The notes below the pieces were generated by a model that saw only the letters and a list, made by a program, of their open reading frames with translations, ran no database searches and was not told the origin of the DNA. Positions 19,302-28,900 of a stretch of 64,000 nucleotides of DNA are shown here, in pieces. Source of the stretch: a virus; IMG/VR virus record IMGVR_UViG_3300045988_126562; one strand, written 5' to 3'. Each line of letters opens with the position of its first letter. Position 1 is the stretch's first letter. Position numbers and translations under genes: made by a program.

Positions 19302-22300
19302 TGGAACATTTATCAGCTTTTCTAGTTAATTGTAGTAAAAAATCCATAAATACTAGTTCATCTGATTTTACTTACAATATAACTCCATTATACAAATTAT
19401 TTCAAAATGAGGGGAATTTAGCATGGGAGTATAATCCTCTTAGAAACTATAGGGTAAATTCTAATTTATATGAAACTAATTCCTTGAATGAATTAATTGA
19501 TAAAAATGGAGAGATAATAGGAGAATATTCAGGATATAAAATGACTAAATCTAGCATAAAGAATTTATTATACTATGGGGGCATATCATCTGCCCCTAAC
19601 AATGCTAGAATAGCTCAGGAACCTATGGAATTATCTGACTTTACTACAGATAAATTAAATTTTGATTTAAATCATCCAGTACAAATAGAATGTCAACCAT
19701 CCTATGATGGATCTGTTAATTTAATATTAAATGATGATAAAAATCCTCCTAGATTAATAAATACTAGATTCACTCCTATGGAAAATAATACATACAAGAT
19801 AATAAATAGAATAGGCAATAATGATACTAATATATATGATGATGAGCAATTTGAAATAGATACTTCACTATACAAGAGGATAAGTAGACTTCCTAAATTA
19901 TTATTTAAAGGAATAGAGGACGGAGGAGCTTGTAAAGTTGGAAATTACGTGTTTTATTTTAAATATGAGGATGCTGATGGAAATCAAACTGATTTTGTCA
20001 CAGAATCTGGAGTAGTAACTTGTCATATAGGAGGAGTCAATGACATATTTTCTATAAAAGGAGGAATAAAAGATGAAAATAGTAATAAGATGATTAAATT
20101 CACCTTAGAAAATGTAGATCCAGGATATAATTACGTAAGAGTATATTATACTAGAACTACCTCAGATATAGATGGAATTAGAGCGTCTAAAAACCATCTG
20201 ATTGATCAGAAGTATATTGTAAAAAATACCTCTTGTTCTATTACTGTTACTGGGTATGAGCCTACAATTGAAGTTAGTGATAACGATATAAATATTCAAT
20301 ATAATTTGATAGAGTCCGCTAAAACAGCAGCCCAGTGCCAAAATATGTTATTCATGGGTAACATAAATAAAGTAGATATTCCTTATGAAGAATTAACTGA
20401 CTTATCTCTTAGAGTTTATCCTATACCAGTAGCTGTAGATACAGTAGGAGGGCTTACTCCGTCTTATGATGATTCTACTAATCAATTTGAATATTACAAT
20501 GTAAATAATATATATAATAAGTTAGGATATTGGAACGATGAAATTTACAGATTAGGTATAGTATATATACTTCCAGATTATTCTTTATCACCAGTATTTA
20601 ATATAAGAGGTAGAGATGAATTGGAAGTAACCACAAACCCGAGTAACCAAGATGTAATAAATTCCTATACTTCTATACCAGCTTATAGAGAATTTGACCC
20701 TAACACTGGTAAACCAATTAGAATAAAAATAACAACAAATGAGGGAGATTATTCCATATTCAAAGAGTCTGGAGAGTTATCTAATTTCCCATTAGAAAAT
20801 TCAAAAGGTGTAATTAGAATAATAACTAAAAATACTTCTGCTTCTCAAATTAGAACTGTAGACGAAGTTACACAGGTAAAACCAATAGGGTTAAAAATAG
20901 CATTTGATTCTACAGCCCTGTCAGTTTTGAAAACTATGGTAAAAGGATTTTTTATAGTTAGGCAAAAGAGAATCCCTACTATACTAGCTCAGGCCTTTAC
21001 TGTAGGTTTAGACAAAAATGCTTATATACCTCTTTTATATGTAAATAATATAAATAAAGATAATAAACAACAGTGGGTAGCTGAACGATTTTTAGATGAT
21101 GAAAGAATAATATCTCATGATTTTAAAAAGAGACTATACAATTATCCAGATAAATATGAAGGCATAATGATGAAAGCTGCTATATGTCCAGAAGCAGAAT
21201 TAAATCAGTCTTATTTCAACCAATTATTTACTGGAGCTAAATATACTATAACTAGGCCAATATTTCAACCTAAAGATAGATATTTAGAGTGTGATCCATT
21301 AGACGTTAGACACAGTTATGTAGACTCATATATAGGAGAATTTCAAGACAGAGACTATGCTTATACTTCTTGTAAACTAACTATGGTACAAGATGATTGT
21401 GTAATGATTACAAGTGGTACTCAAAAATACACTGGAAGAGCTGGTAATGCAGAAGAGGCGTGGAGACTTAGGTATCTTATGAAAGATGATGTAGATACAG
21501 AAGCTATAAACTTGGTAAGAGGATCATTTGGAACGTATATAGGGATAGAAGGATATGATGAGGGATTTGGAAGAATAATAAACATACATATACCCGGATA
21601 TGATGTTACTAAAATGAAAGATTATTTTAATATTAGGTATAATGATAAATCCTCGTTTTATCCTATAACAGATCGTATAGACATACAATCCATAGGAAAT
21701 GATTCTGTAGGGTACTATTTAACAGCATATAGAGGAGATTGTTATATAGGAAATTATACCCATAGAATGAATAGAAATTTCCAAGATCCAGAGGCTCCAA
21801 ATAATGATGTAATTGTAAACGAAAATACCTGGTCTGATAATTATGATGTCTCCAGTAAAGAGAAAAATGAGAATATAAATAGAGGAGATATAAATGCTGT
21901 TAAATTAGGACATTGGATGACATTTAAACTTTGTTCTAACATAAATATTTCAATGAGAACTACAGATGATTCTCATTACGAAGAAAATGGACTAACTGGT
22001 TTATCCAGAGGGTTTTTCCCATTGTACAGTAGATCAGTAACTGGAGAATCAAAAATACCTGAATCTTCAGTAATGAATGCTGGAATTAATTCTACAACTG
22101 GAGCCAAAGTAAACTTTTTGATGCCTGATGTACCATATTTAAAAGATGTGTTCTCTACAAGAATAATGTATAGCGATATATTCATAAATGACTCTTATAG
22201 AAATGGATACAGAGTATATCAATTAAATCATTATAGAGATTATGCTACTATTTATGGAGGCCTTACTAAGCTACTTGAATTTAATGGATTTTTAATTGCA

Positions 22301-24103
22301 GTATTTGAACATGGTACGGCTGTTATACCGGTAAATGAACGTGCTTTAGCTGGAGAAGGTCAAGGTGGTGAAGTATTTATTAATACCTCTAATGTATTAC
22401 CAGAAAATCCAAAAATGTTGAGTAGTAATTATGGTAGTCAATGGGTAGATGGAATAGCAGTTACTCCCTATTATGTTTACGGTATTGATACAGTAGCTAA
22501 AAAAATATGGAGAACTAATGGCCAGGTTTTTGAAATAATATCTGATTTTAAGATACAACAGTTCCTTAATAGAAATATTACTTTAAAAGAAAGGGAAATG
22601 ACTCCTGTAATAGGAGTTAGAAATGTAAAGGTGCATTATAATGCTTTTAAGCAAGATTTGATGTTTACTTTTTATGATAATCTATATGGATTTGAAGAAA
22701 AAGCTTGGAATATTTGCTTTAACGAAGTATTAGGAAAATGGATAACATTTTATTCCTGGATTCCTTCCTATTCTTCTAACATAGATAACATATTTTTTAG
22801 TTTTGATAGAGACACATCAAAAATGTTTTCCAAATTGGGAGTTAGTTCTACTAATAATCCAGCAGCTAATGGAATAACATTAGAAGATCCACTTAACCAA
22901 TCAAAATGGACTTTAAGTTTATCCGATAGATACCTTCCTAATACTAAGAATATAAAATCTTATGTAACTTTCTCTATAGAAAAAGACCAAATGGGATTTT
23001 GGAGGTACTTCACTATTTCTGGCAATTCATTAAAATATAATGGAGGATTACCAGAGAATACAATAGTAGCTTACTTAAATATAAAAGCTGATGTAAGCTT
23101 CGATTATGACACTACAGACCAAAATATGGCCCAATATGTAAATGGATGGAAGGAAAATATGAATGCCAACAATGGGTATTACACTAATTCAGTAGCAGTA
23201 TTGGTTGGAAACTATGACAAGAACATTACATATTTTTGGAAACATGGTCAATCTGGAATAATAGATATAAAAGATAAGTTGAAACCATGTTTCTGGTATG
23301 GAAAACAACATCCATTTGAGTTTGAATTTGTAGTAGTAGATAATCCTGGAATACATAAAATATTCAATAACTTGTATATAATAGCTAATAAGGCTAAGCC
23401 AGAATCCTTTCATTATGAAATAGTTGGAGAAGTCTATGACTTTGCTAAAGATAAGAAAAATGCTTATTATAGACAAGAGGCTACTAAGGAACTATATCAG
23501 AATTTAGGATGTGACATTTTATATGATAGGGATTATAAAGAAACTCTTATATCTAAAAATGTAAAATCTACTATGTTCCCCTGGTATTATGAAAGAATAG
23601 ACACATTTGATCAAATATATGATAGTTATCAAATGGCTACGTCTAAATATAATAGGGATTATCAAAATATAACTGGATCTGAGATAGTTCACGAACCTTT
23701 ACTAGATGAATATAGAATAGCTGTTCATCAAAAAGCTAATGATATAGTAGAAGTAGGCAGATTAAGAGGGAATATGCAATATAAGGAAGATATTTGGAAT
23801 GTAGAAATCAGGCCTATGTACTTTGTGCAAAGAAACGAAACTTGGGAATCTGTGCCTCCTATAATTCTAAATAATTTACCTAAAATAACAGCCACAGAAA
23901 TAACTACTGATGATTTACCTACTAATTATGATATAACAGATATAGAAAATACTCCAGATGATGAATTAATATACACTGGTTGGACTGATAGAAAGGAGAC
24001 CAGAATCAGAGATAAATATTGTAAAATCAAAGTAAGGTATAGCGGAGAAGATTTAGCTATAATAACTGCTTTGAAAACTATATATACTGCAAGTTATGCA
24101 TAA
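19301..24103 (+). CDS. Very large distal tail protein (muzzle-like by position)
   Basis: 1600 aa with TAATG coupling to the previous gene. Size and position are analogous to the muzzle protein described for crAss001. No motif was verified. Confidence 0.35.
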   Translation: MEHLSAFLVNCSKKSINTSSSDFTYNITPLYKLFQNEGNLAWEYNPLRNYRVNSNLYETNSLNELIDKNGEIIGEYSGYKMTKSSIKNLLYYGGISSAPNNARIAQEPMELSDFTTDKLNFDLNHPVQIECQPSYDGSVNLILNDDKNPPRLINTRFTPMENNTYKIINRIGNNDTNIYDDEQFEIDTSLYKRISRLPKLLFKGIEDGGACKVGNYVFYFKYEDADGNQTDFVTESGVVTCHIGGVNDIFSIKGGIKDENSNKMIKFTLENVDPGYNYVRVYYTRTTSDIDGIRASKNHLIDQKYIVKNTSCSITVTGYEPTIEVSDNDINIQYNLIESAKTAAQCQNMLFMGNINKVDIPYEELTDLSLRVYPIPVAVDTVGGLTPSYDDSTNQFEYYNVNNIYNKLGYWNDEIYRLGIVYILPDYSLSPVFNIRGRDELEVTTNPSNQDVINSYTSIPAYREFDPNTGKPIRIKITTNEGDYSIFKESGELSNFPLENSKGVIRIITKNTSASQIRTVDEVTQVKPIGLKIAFDSTALSVLKTMVKGFFIVRQKRIPTILAQAFTVGLDKNAYIPLLYVNNINKDNKQQWVAERFLDDERIISHDFKKRLYNYPDKYEGIMMKAAICPEAELNQSYFNQLFTGAKYTITRPIFQPKDRYLECDPLDVRHSYVDSYIGEFQDRDYAYTSCKLTMVQDDCVMITSGTQKYTGRAGNAEEAWRLRYLMKDDVDTEAINLVRGSFGTYIGIEGYDEGFGRIINIHIPGYDVTKMKDYFNIRYNDKSSFYPITDRIDIQSIGNDSVGYYLTAYRGDCYIGNYTHRMNRNFQDPEAPNNDVIVNENTWSDNYDVSSKEKNENINRGDINAVKLGHWMTFKLCSNINISMRTTDDSHYEENGLTGLSRGFFPLYSRSVTGESKIPESSVMNAGINSTTGAKVNFLMPDVPYLKDVFSTRIMYSDIFINDSYRNGYRVYQLNHYRDYATIYGGLTKLLEFNGFLIAVFEHGTAVIPVNERALAGEGQGGEVFINTSNVLPENPKMLSSNYGSQWVDGIAVTPYYVYGIDTVAKKIWRTNGQVFEIISDFKIQQFLNRNITLKEREMTPVIGVRNVKVHYNAFKQDLMFTFYDNLYGFEEKAWNICFNEVLGKWITFYSWIPSYSSNIDNIFFSFDRDTSKMFSKLGVSSTNNPAANGITLEDPLNQSKWTLSLSDRYLPNTKNIKSYVTFSIEKDQMGFWRYFTISGNSLKYNGGLPENTIVAYLNIKADVSFDYDTTDQNMAQYVNGWKENMNANNGYYTNSVAVLVGNYDKNITYFWKHGQSGIIDIKDKLKPCFWYGKQHPFEFEFVVVDNPGIHKIFNNLYIIANKAKPESFHYEIVGEVYDFAKDKKNAYYRQEATKELYQNLGCDILYDRDYKETLISKNVKSTMFPWYYERIDTFDQIYDSYQMATSKYNRDYQNITGSEIVHEPLLDEYRIAVHQKANDIVEVGRLRGNMQYKEDIWNVEIRPMYFVQRNETWESVPPIILNNLPKITATEITTDDLPTNYDITDIENTPDDELIYTGWTDRKETRIRDKYCKIKVRYSGEDLAIITALKTIYTASYA

Positions 24104-25388
24104 TAAATATAAATCTAGAAAGAGACCTCCCTTAGTTAGAAAAGCTCAGGGAGGACTTTCTCTTCCTGCATATTATGGAGTCACTGGTGATATTACTTCA
24201 TTAAATAATGATTTACAACAGTATGCTAAAAGCGCAAATGTATTAAATTCGATAGCATCTTCAGATAAAGCTAAAGGATTGACTACATTTTTTGGTAAAG
24301 CTGGGGCTTTAGGTAAAGCTAACAACACTCTGTCTAAATCTGTGGGAGGAATACAAGGTATGCCCAGTATGGGAGGGTTAGCTACATCTGCACTTAGTGT
24401 GGCAGATAAATTTATTCCACAAGCAGAGGATAAAGGTAGTAAAATTACTAGTGGAGTATTTAATGGCCTTAGTCAAGTAGCAGGAATGATACCTGGTGTA
24501 GGAACAATAGCATCAGTTGCTTTAAAAGGATTGGGAACTTTATTTGGGGCAGGTGTGAAAAGTGTGAAAGGTAACGCTGCTGACGAAATGGTAGACACTT
24601 CTTCATCATATACAGGAGCTGATGCTTATGATTCAAAAAGATTTGGATTACTAGGACTAGGCTCAGCAAAAAAATATCAAAAGAAGGTAGATAAAAGGCA
24701 ATGGGAAAGAGATACAGCTCATGACATACTACAAGAAGGAAAAGACGACCTACTGGCTTCATCCAATGTGCAGCAACTGCAATTAGTTGACAACTTAAAT
24801 AAAAATGCTAGTGATTGGATGTACAATATAAGAGCTGGAGAGTTTGGAATGAAAATAAAAGAGGCAAAGAGGTTATCTAGATTAGCAAAGAAAAAAGTAT
24901 CAATATCTGGAGAGCCTAGAAAAATCGGAACCACTGAACTTCGGGAAGGGGGAAATATACCAAAGAATACCTCTATGAGTAGTGTAGAGTCTTCTACAGA
25001 GATTTCTCTTACTGGGGTGAAGCAACAATACCAGGAAGGTGAAAGTGGTCAGCAAGCTCCTGAAATATTCCAAAATGGAGGTCAAGTAAATATTATACCA
25101 GAAGGAGCATTACACGCTAGAAAACACAACCTAGTGGAGCTAAATCCTGAATTGGAAGGTATAACTAAAAAGGGTATCCCAGTAATAACTCAGGAAGAAG
25201 GAGGAATTGTACAGCATGCAGAAATAGAACGTTCTGAAATAATATTTGCTAAAGAAATAACTGATAAATTAGAGGAATTGAGAAATATAGGTACAGATGA
25301 AGCTGCTATAGAAGCAGGTAAATTACTGGCCGAACAGATAATAGAAAATACTATTGATAATACTGGAGAATTATTGCATGATAGTTAA
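24096..25388 (+). CDS. Putative internal/ejection (cargo) protein
   Basis: 430 aa with N-terminal RKAQGG motif (24141-24155), a Gly/Ala-rich hydrophobic stretch (about 24318-24591) and an internal FQNGG (25068-25082). Confidence 0.4.
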   Translation: MHNKYKSRKRPPLVRKAQGGLSLPAYYGVTGDITSLNNDLQQYAKSANVLNSIASSDKAKGLTTFFGKAGALGKANNTLSKSVGGIQGMPSMGGLATSALSVADKFIPQAEDKGSKITSGVFNGLSQVAGMIPGVGTIASVALKGLGTLFGAGVKSVKGNAADEMVDTSSSYTGADAYDSKRFGLLGLGSAKKYQKKVDKRQWERDTAHDILQEGKDDLLASSNVQQLQLVDNLNKNASDWMYNIRAGEFGMKIKEAKRLSRLAKKKVSISGEPRKIGTTELREGGNIPKNTSMSSVESSTEISLTGVKQQYQEGESGQQAPEIFQNGGQVNIIPEGALHARKHNLVELNPELEGITKKGIPVITQEEGGIVQHAEIERSEIIFAKEITDKLEELRNIGTDEAAIEAGKLLAEQIIENTIDNTGELLHDS

Positions 25389-25947
25389 AATAAATGATAA
25401 AGAGTATAGAGTTAAAATAGCTTATACTGATGAGGAAAAATCCAGAGGCTTGCAGGGAATAAATTCTTTACCAGAGGATGAAGGTATGTTATTTGTATAT
25501 GATGAACCTCAAACGGTTGGGTTTTGGATGGATGATACTAATATTCCATTAGATATAGTCTTTATAGACGATGATGAAGAAGTATTATCTGTATATTCTG
25601 GAGAGCCTAATGATAGAACTATAGCAGAGGAAGATAATGTAAAATATGTACTAGAAGTCAATCAAGGCTCTGGAATTAAAGAAGGAGACGAGATTGACAT
25701 AGAAGAAGAGGAGGATGATTCCGAAACCTCTAAAATGTTAGTGATTGGGCCAGATGGAGGAGTACAAATGGAATTAGAAGGAGGAGAAAGAATTGTTTCT
25801 AGAAGAGAGACTAAAATATTAGTAAAAAAGGCTAAAAAAGCATATAATTCTGAATTAGATTCTGATTACAAATCTTTAGGAAAATATATGTTTAAAGTGC
25901 TAAACAAACAGGATAAGCGTGAGCCTGAATATGTGGAACAAGAATGA
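25378..25947 (+). CDS. DUF192 (COG1430) domain protein with acidic C-terminal extension
   Basis: From ATG 25378: MIVKINDKEYRVKIAYTDEEKSRGLQG...EGMLFVYDEPQTVGFWMDDTNIPLDIVFID...VKYVLEVNQG. This matches the DUF192 signature (GLM..GMLF..FWM.nT..PLD..F). The start overlaps the previous stop. Confidence 0.75.
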   Translation: MIVKINDKEYRVKIAYTDEEKSRGLQGINSLPEDEGMLFVYDEPQTVGFWMDDTNIPLDIVFIDDDEEVLSVYSGEPNDRTIAEEDNVKYVLEVNQGSGIKEGDEIDIEEEEDDSETSKMLVIGPDGGVQMELEGGERIVSRRETKILVKKAKKAYNSELDSDYKSLGKYMFKVLNKQDKREPEYVEQE

Positions 25948-25955
25948 AAAAAAAT

Positions 25956-25990
25956 AAGGGAGAAGCCGCAATAATTGCAACTTCTCCCTT
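25956..25990. terminator. Bidirectional intrinsic terminator at the convergence of the two late gene blocks
   Basis: Perfect 10-bp stem AAGGGAGAAG (25956-25965) / CTTCTCCCTT (25981-25990). An A-run lies upstream and a T-run downstream, so it works on both strands. It sits between stop codons at 25947 (+) and 25997 (-). Confidence 0.85.
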
Positions 25991-25996
25991 TTATTT

Positions 25997-28900
25997 TTAT
26001 TCCTGTTCATCTAACGGAAACATATCATATATCATTGGTTTAAATGGTTTAAATGCTCCTACATTTGAAACAAAAGCTCTTGGCAAATTACTATCACCAG
26101 ATATAGCATCTTTAAGTGATGTAACAAATCTTGTGATAACTCCCCAAGCTACGAAATTTAACTCTAATTGGCCAGTAAATGTTTTCCAAATATTAAATTC
26201 AGAACTAGCATTTCTTAATACTAATTCTATATTCTTATCAATGGCTGTTTTATCACTTTCTTTTACATTACCAAATAACAGATACATAAGTATCGAGAAG
26301 AAAGCTAATCCTCCTACATCTCCCAAAAATAGATTAAGATTTCTTAATTTAGTGGGATCATTCCATGCTTTTAAGAAGTCTTCTCTGCTAGTTCCTCCTT
26401 TTATATAATTAACCACATTAATTAAACTTGCCAAACTCCAGAATATACCTTCCATCATGCCTCCCTGCCAGTCTTTAACAGGAAATCCTGTGTTTTCTGT
26501 AGTTTCTACTCTTTTCCCAGAATCATCATATTTCCAATATAACTTTTTTCCTGTTACAGAGTCCACTTTGTCAACCCATTTACCTGTTTTATATGTTCCA
26601 GGAGTTAAAAAGTATTGAGCACCTCTAGCGGTAATATATGATTGGAATTGCCCTAAAATAACTCCGATGCCTTTCCTAAACCACATGGATTTGTTTGTAC
26701 TGTCCATATATCCGAACATCATATTAGCTTCCTGAATCATTTTATTTGATTCTAGAACTGTATATGCTTTAGGAATATCCTTATCATCGTCCGTCATAGA
26801 CCTAGTTTCTCCAGTTTCCCAGTTAGTTACAACAGCTCCCTCATCTATCATTTGCCTCCATATTGTCAAATAAAGAGATCTCTGCTCTTGAAATGTTTCT
26901 AATTCAGATTTAGGAATTTCAGATTCTGGAGTATTTTGATACTTAGCATAAATACTAAATCTTTTATCTTCACGCCAATTATATTCTATATGATCCCCCA
27001 CTAGTTTATGTGCATCATAATTACCATCCTTTAGCATATAAGCAGTAAATACTGTCATTCTGTGTAAAAAGTCCGGAGACCTAGCGGTAAAGAATAGTAT
27101 ATTATTAACTCTTCCTACTTCTCCCTGATAGTAATTTAATCTTTCTACCATTTCCTGTTCGGATACGTTAGCTATACCATATTGAGCGTTTAAATGCTCT
27201 CCCATAGTAATTGTTTTTATCTGCCTAAATCCATCCTGCCATACCATTGAATATGCTTTACTAGCTTCTTTTATTCCAAATCTGGAGTCATCAAATCTAT
27301 TGGCGTTAGCATTATTAAATAAAGTCCACCATCCGACTAATCCTTCCTTAGCCATAGATAGAACATTTAATCCTAATACCATCTTACTAGCCACAGACTT
27401 TATGGAAGAAACTGTTCTCCATAAACCTTTTTCATCTTTATCAAATAAAGACATATCCAATACTGAAGATTTAATGAAGTTGACAATGAAGTCCAAAGTA
27501 GGTTTATTAAGTTCCAGCTGCCCATTACTTAATTGGGCATTCCAAGCATACGAACACAATGAAGAACTTACGTTAGCAATTACAGGGTCTAATATTTCCT
27601 TTCTGGTAACTACATAATTATATAAATCCTTAATTCTTTCTAGATTTATGTCAAATGACTCTAATCCCTCTTTTTCTATCATTCCTAATCTTTTGTCAGG
27701 ATCAGATGATAAAGAAAAGGAATTAAATATACCATCAAAAATTAACCCATTTTTTCCAAAGTCTGTTTCAGAAGAATCCAATCCTAAACTCATTCTAGGA
27801 TCTATAGTAGCATCTTCTAAACCTAATGTATCTTTGAGAGCCTCCTTAATGTTTTGTTTATTGTTTACTATTCTTGATAAAGCTCCAGCTCTTACTAATG
27901 GTAATTGAAAAATATCGTACCCTTGATCTTCTGCCTCTTCTAAAGTTAAATCATATTTAATTCTAGTTAAATCCCTAACATACCATTCTAGATATTCTTT
28001 TTCGTCTTTACTAAGAGTATCATCATATCTAAAATCTTTTAGCCTTAGATCTCTTGTATTAGATCTATCTATTAAATTTTTAAATATTATTTCTGAGTTA
28101 TTAACAAATCTGTTATTCCTAAATCCTGGGTTGCTATTTTTAAATTTATCGGTATGTCTTCTATCAACTACTTTATAAGCCATATACTTATTTCTAATTA
28201 TAGAGTTAGCTTCCATAACTCTATCGTATATAGCTTGAATTATAGGAATAGTATCCTGAGGTCTTAAATTAATAGAATTAAATAAAGTCTTGTTTTCTAT
28301 ACTCTCTCTTAATCCTTGACCTCCCAATATATTGCCAGATAATTTAGTTTCATTCCTAAAGTCTATAGAATATCCAGATAGTTTAGAAATAGCTAGATCT
28401 ACCTGTGATTTTAAGTAGCCTAATATAGAATTATCTTCTGTAGCATTAAACCTATATTTATAATAATGCTCATTTAAAGCATCCCTTAGCTTCTCTAGTC
28501 TTTTTAATTGCTCTGCCTTGTCATTTACCAATTCCGATAGTTTATCGTTTTTGAAATTATTTGGATTAATCGAATTGGCTCTGAAATAATTAGCAACAGA
28601 AGTTGAATTGACTATAGCCTCATATAAGGAAGCAACCCTAGCGTATAGTTCTCCAGCCCTAACTTTATTTGTTTCTATTCCAACTGAGTTAGCTAAAATA
28701 TTATAATTGTTTTCTAATTTTTCACGAATTACAGTATCATCAATTACGGACTTATTGCTTAACCCTAGGACTTTAAGTTCGCCTGTTTCATAATTGTCGG
28801 CTAGTTGATTAGCTAAATACAATAATTTAACTAGCTCAATATTACCCATATTTGCTACAAGTTTGTTAGATGAGGACATGTTGTCACTATATAAATGACC

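Noticed and set aside
15327-24103. Possibility that the 1324-aa or 1600-aa proteins are the portal or terminase
   Set aside because: Both are far larger than portals or terminases, and I could read no Walker A/B ATPase motifs of a large terminase. Their position after the connector-sized genes fits tail proteins. Portal and terminase are probably outside the window.
25944-26408. 154-aa plus-strand ORF following the DUF192 gene
   Set aside because: It runs straight through the bidirectional terminator (25956-25990) and is antisense to the C-terminus of the 1493-aa gene. Its composition looks like antisense artefact.
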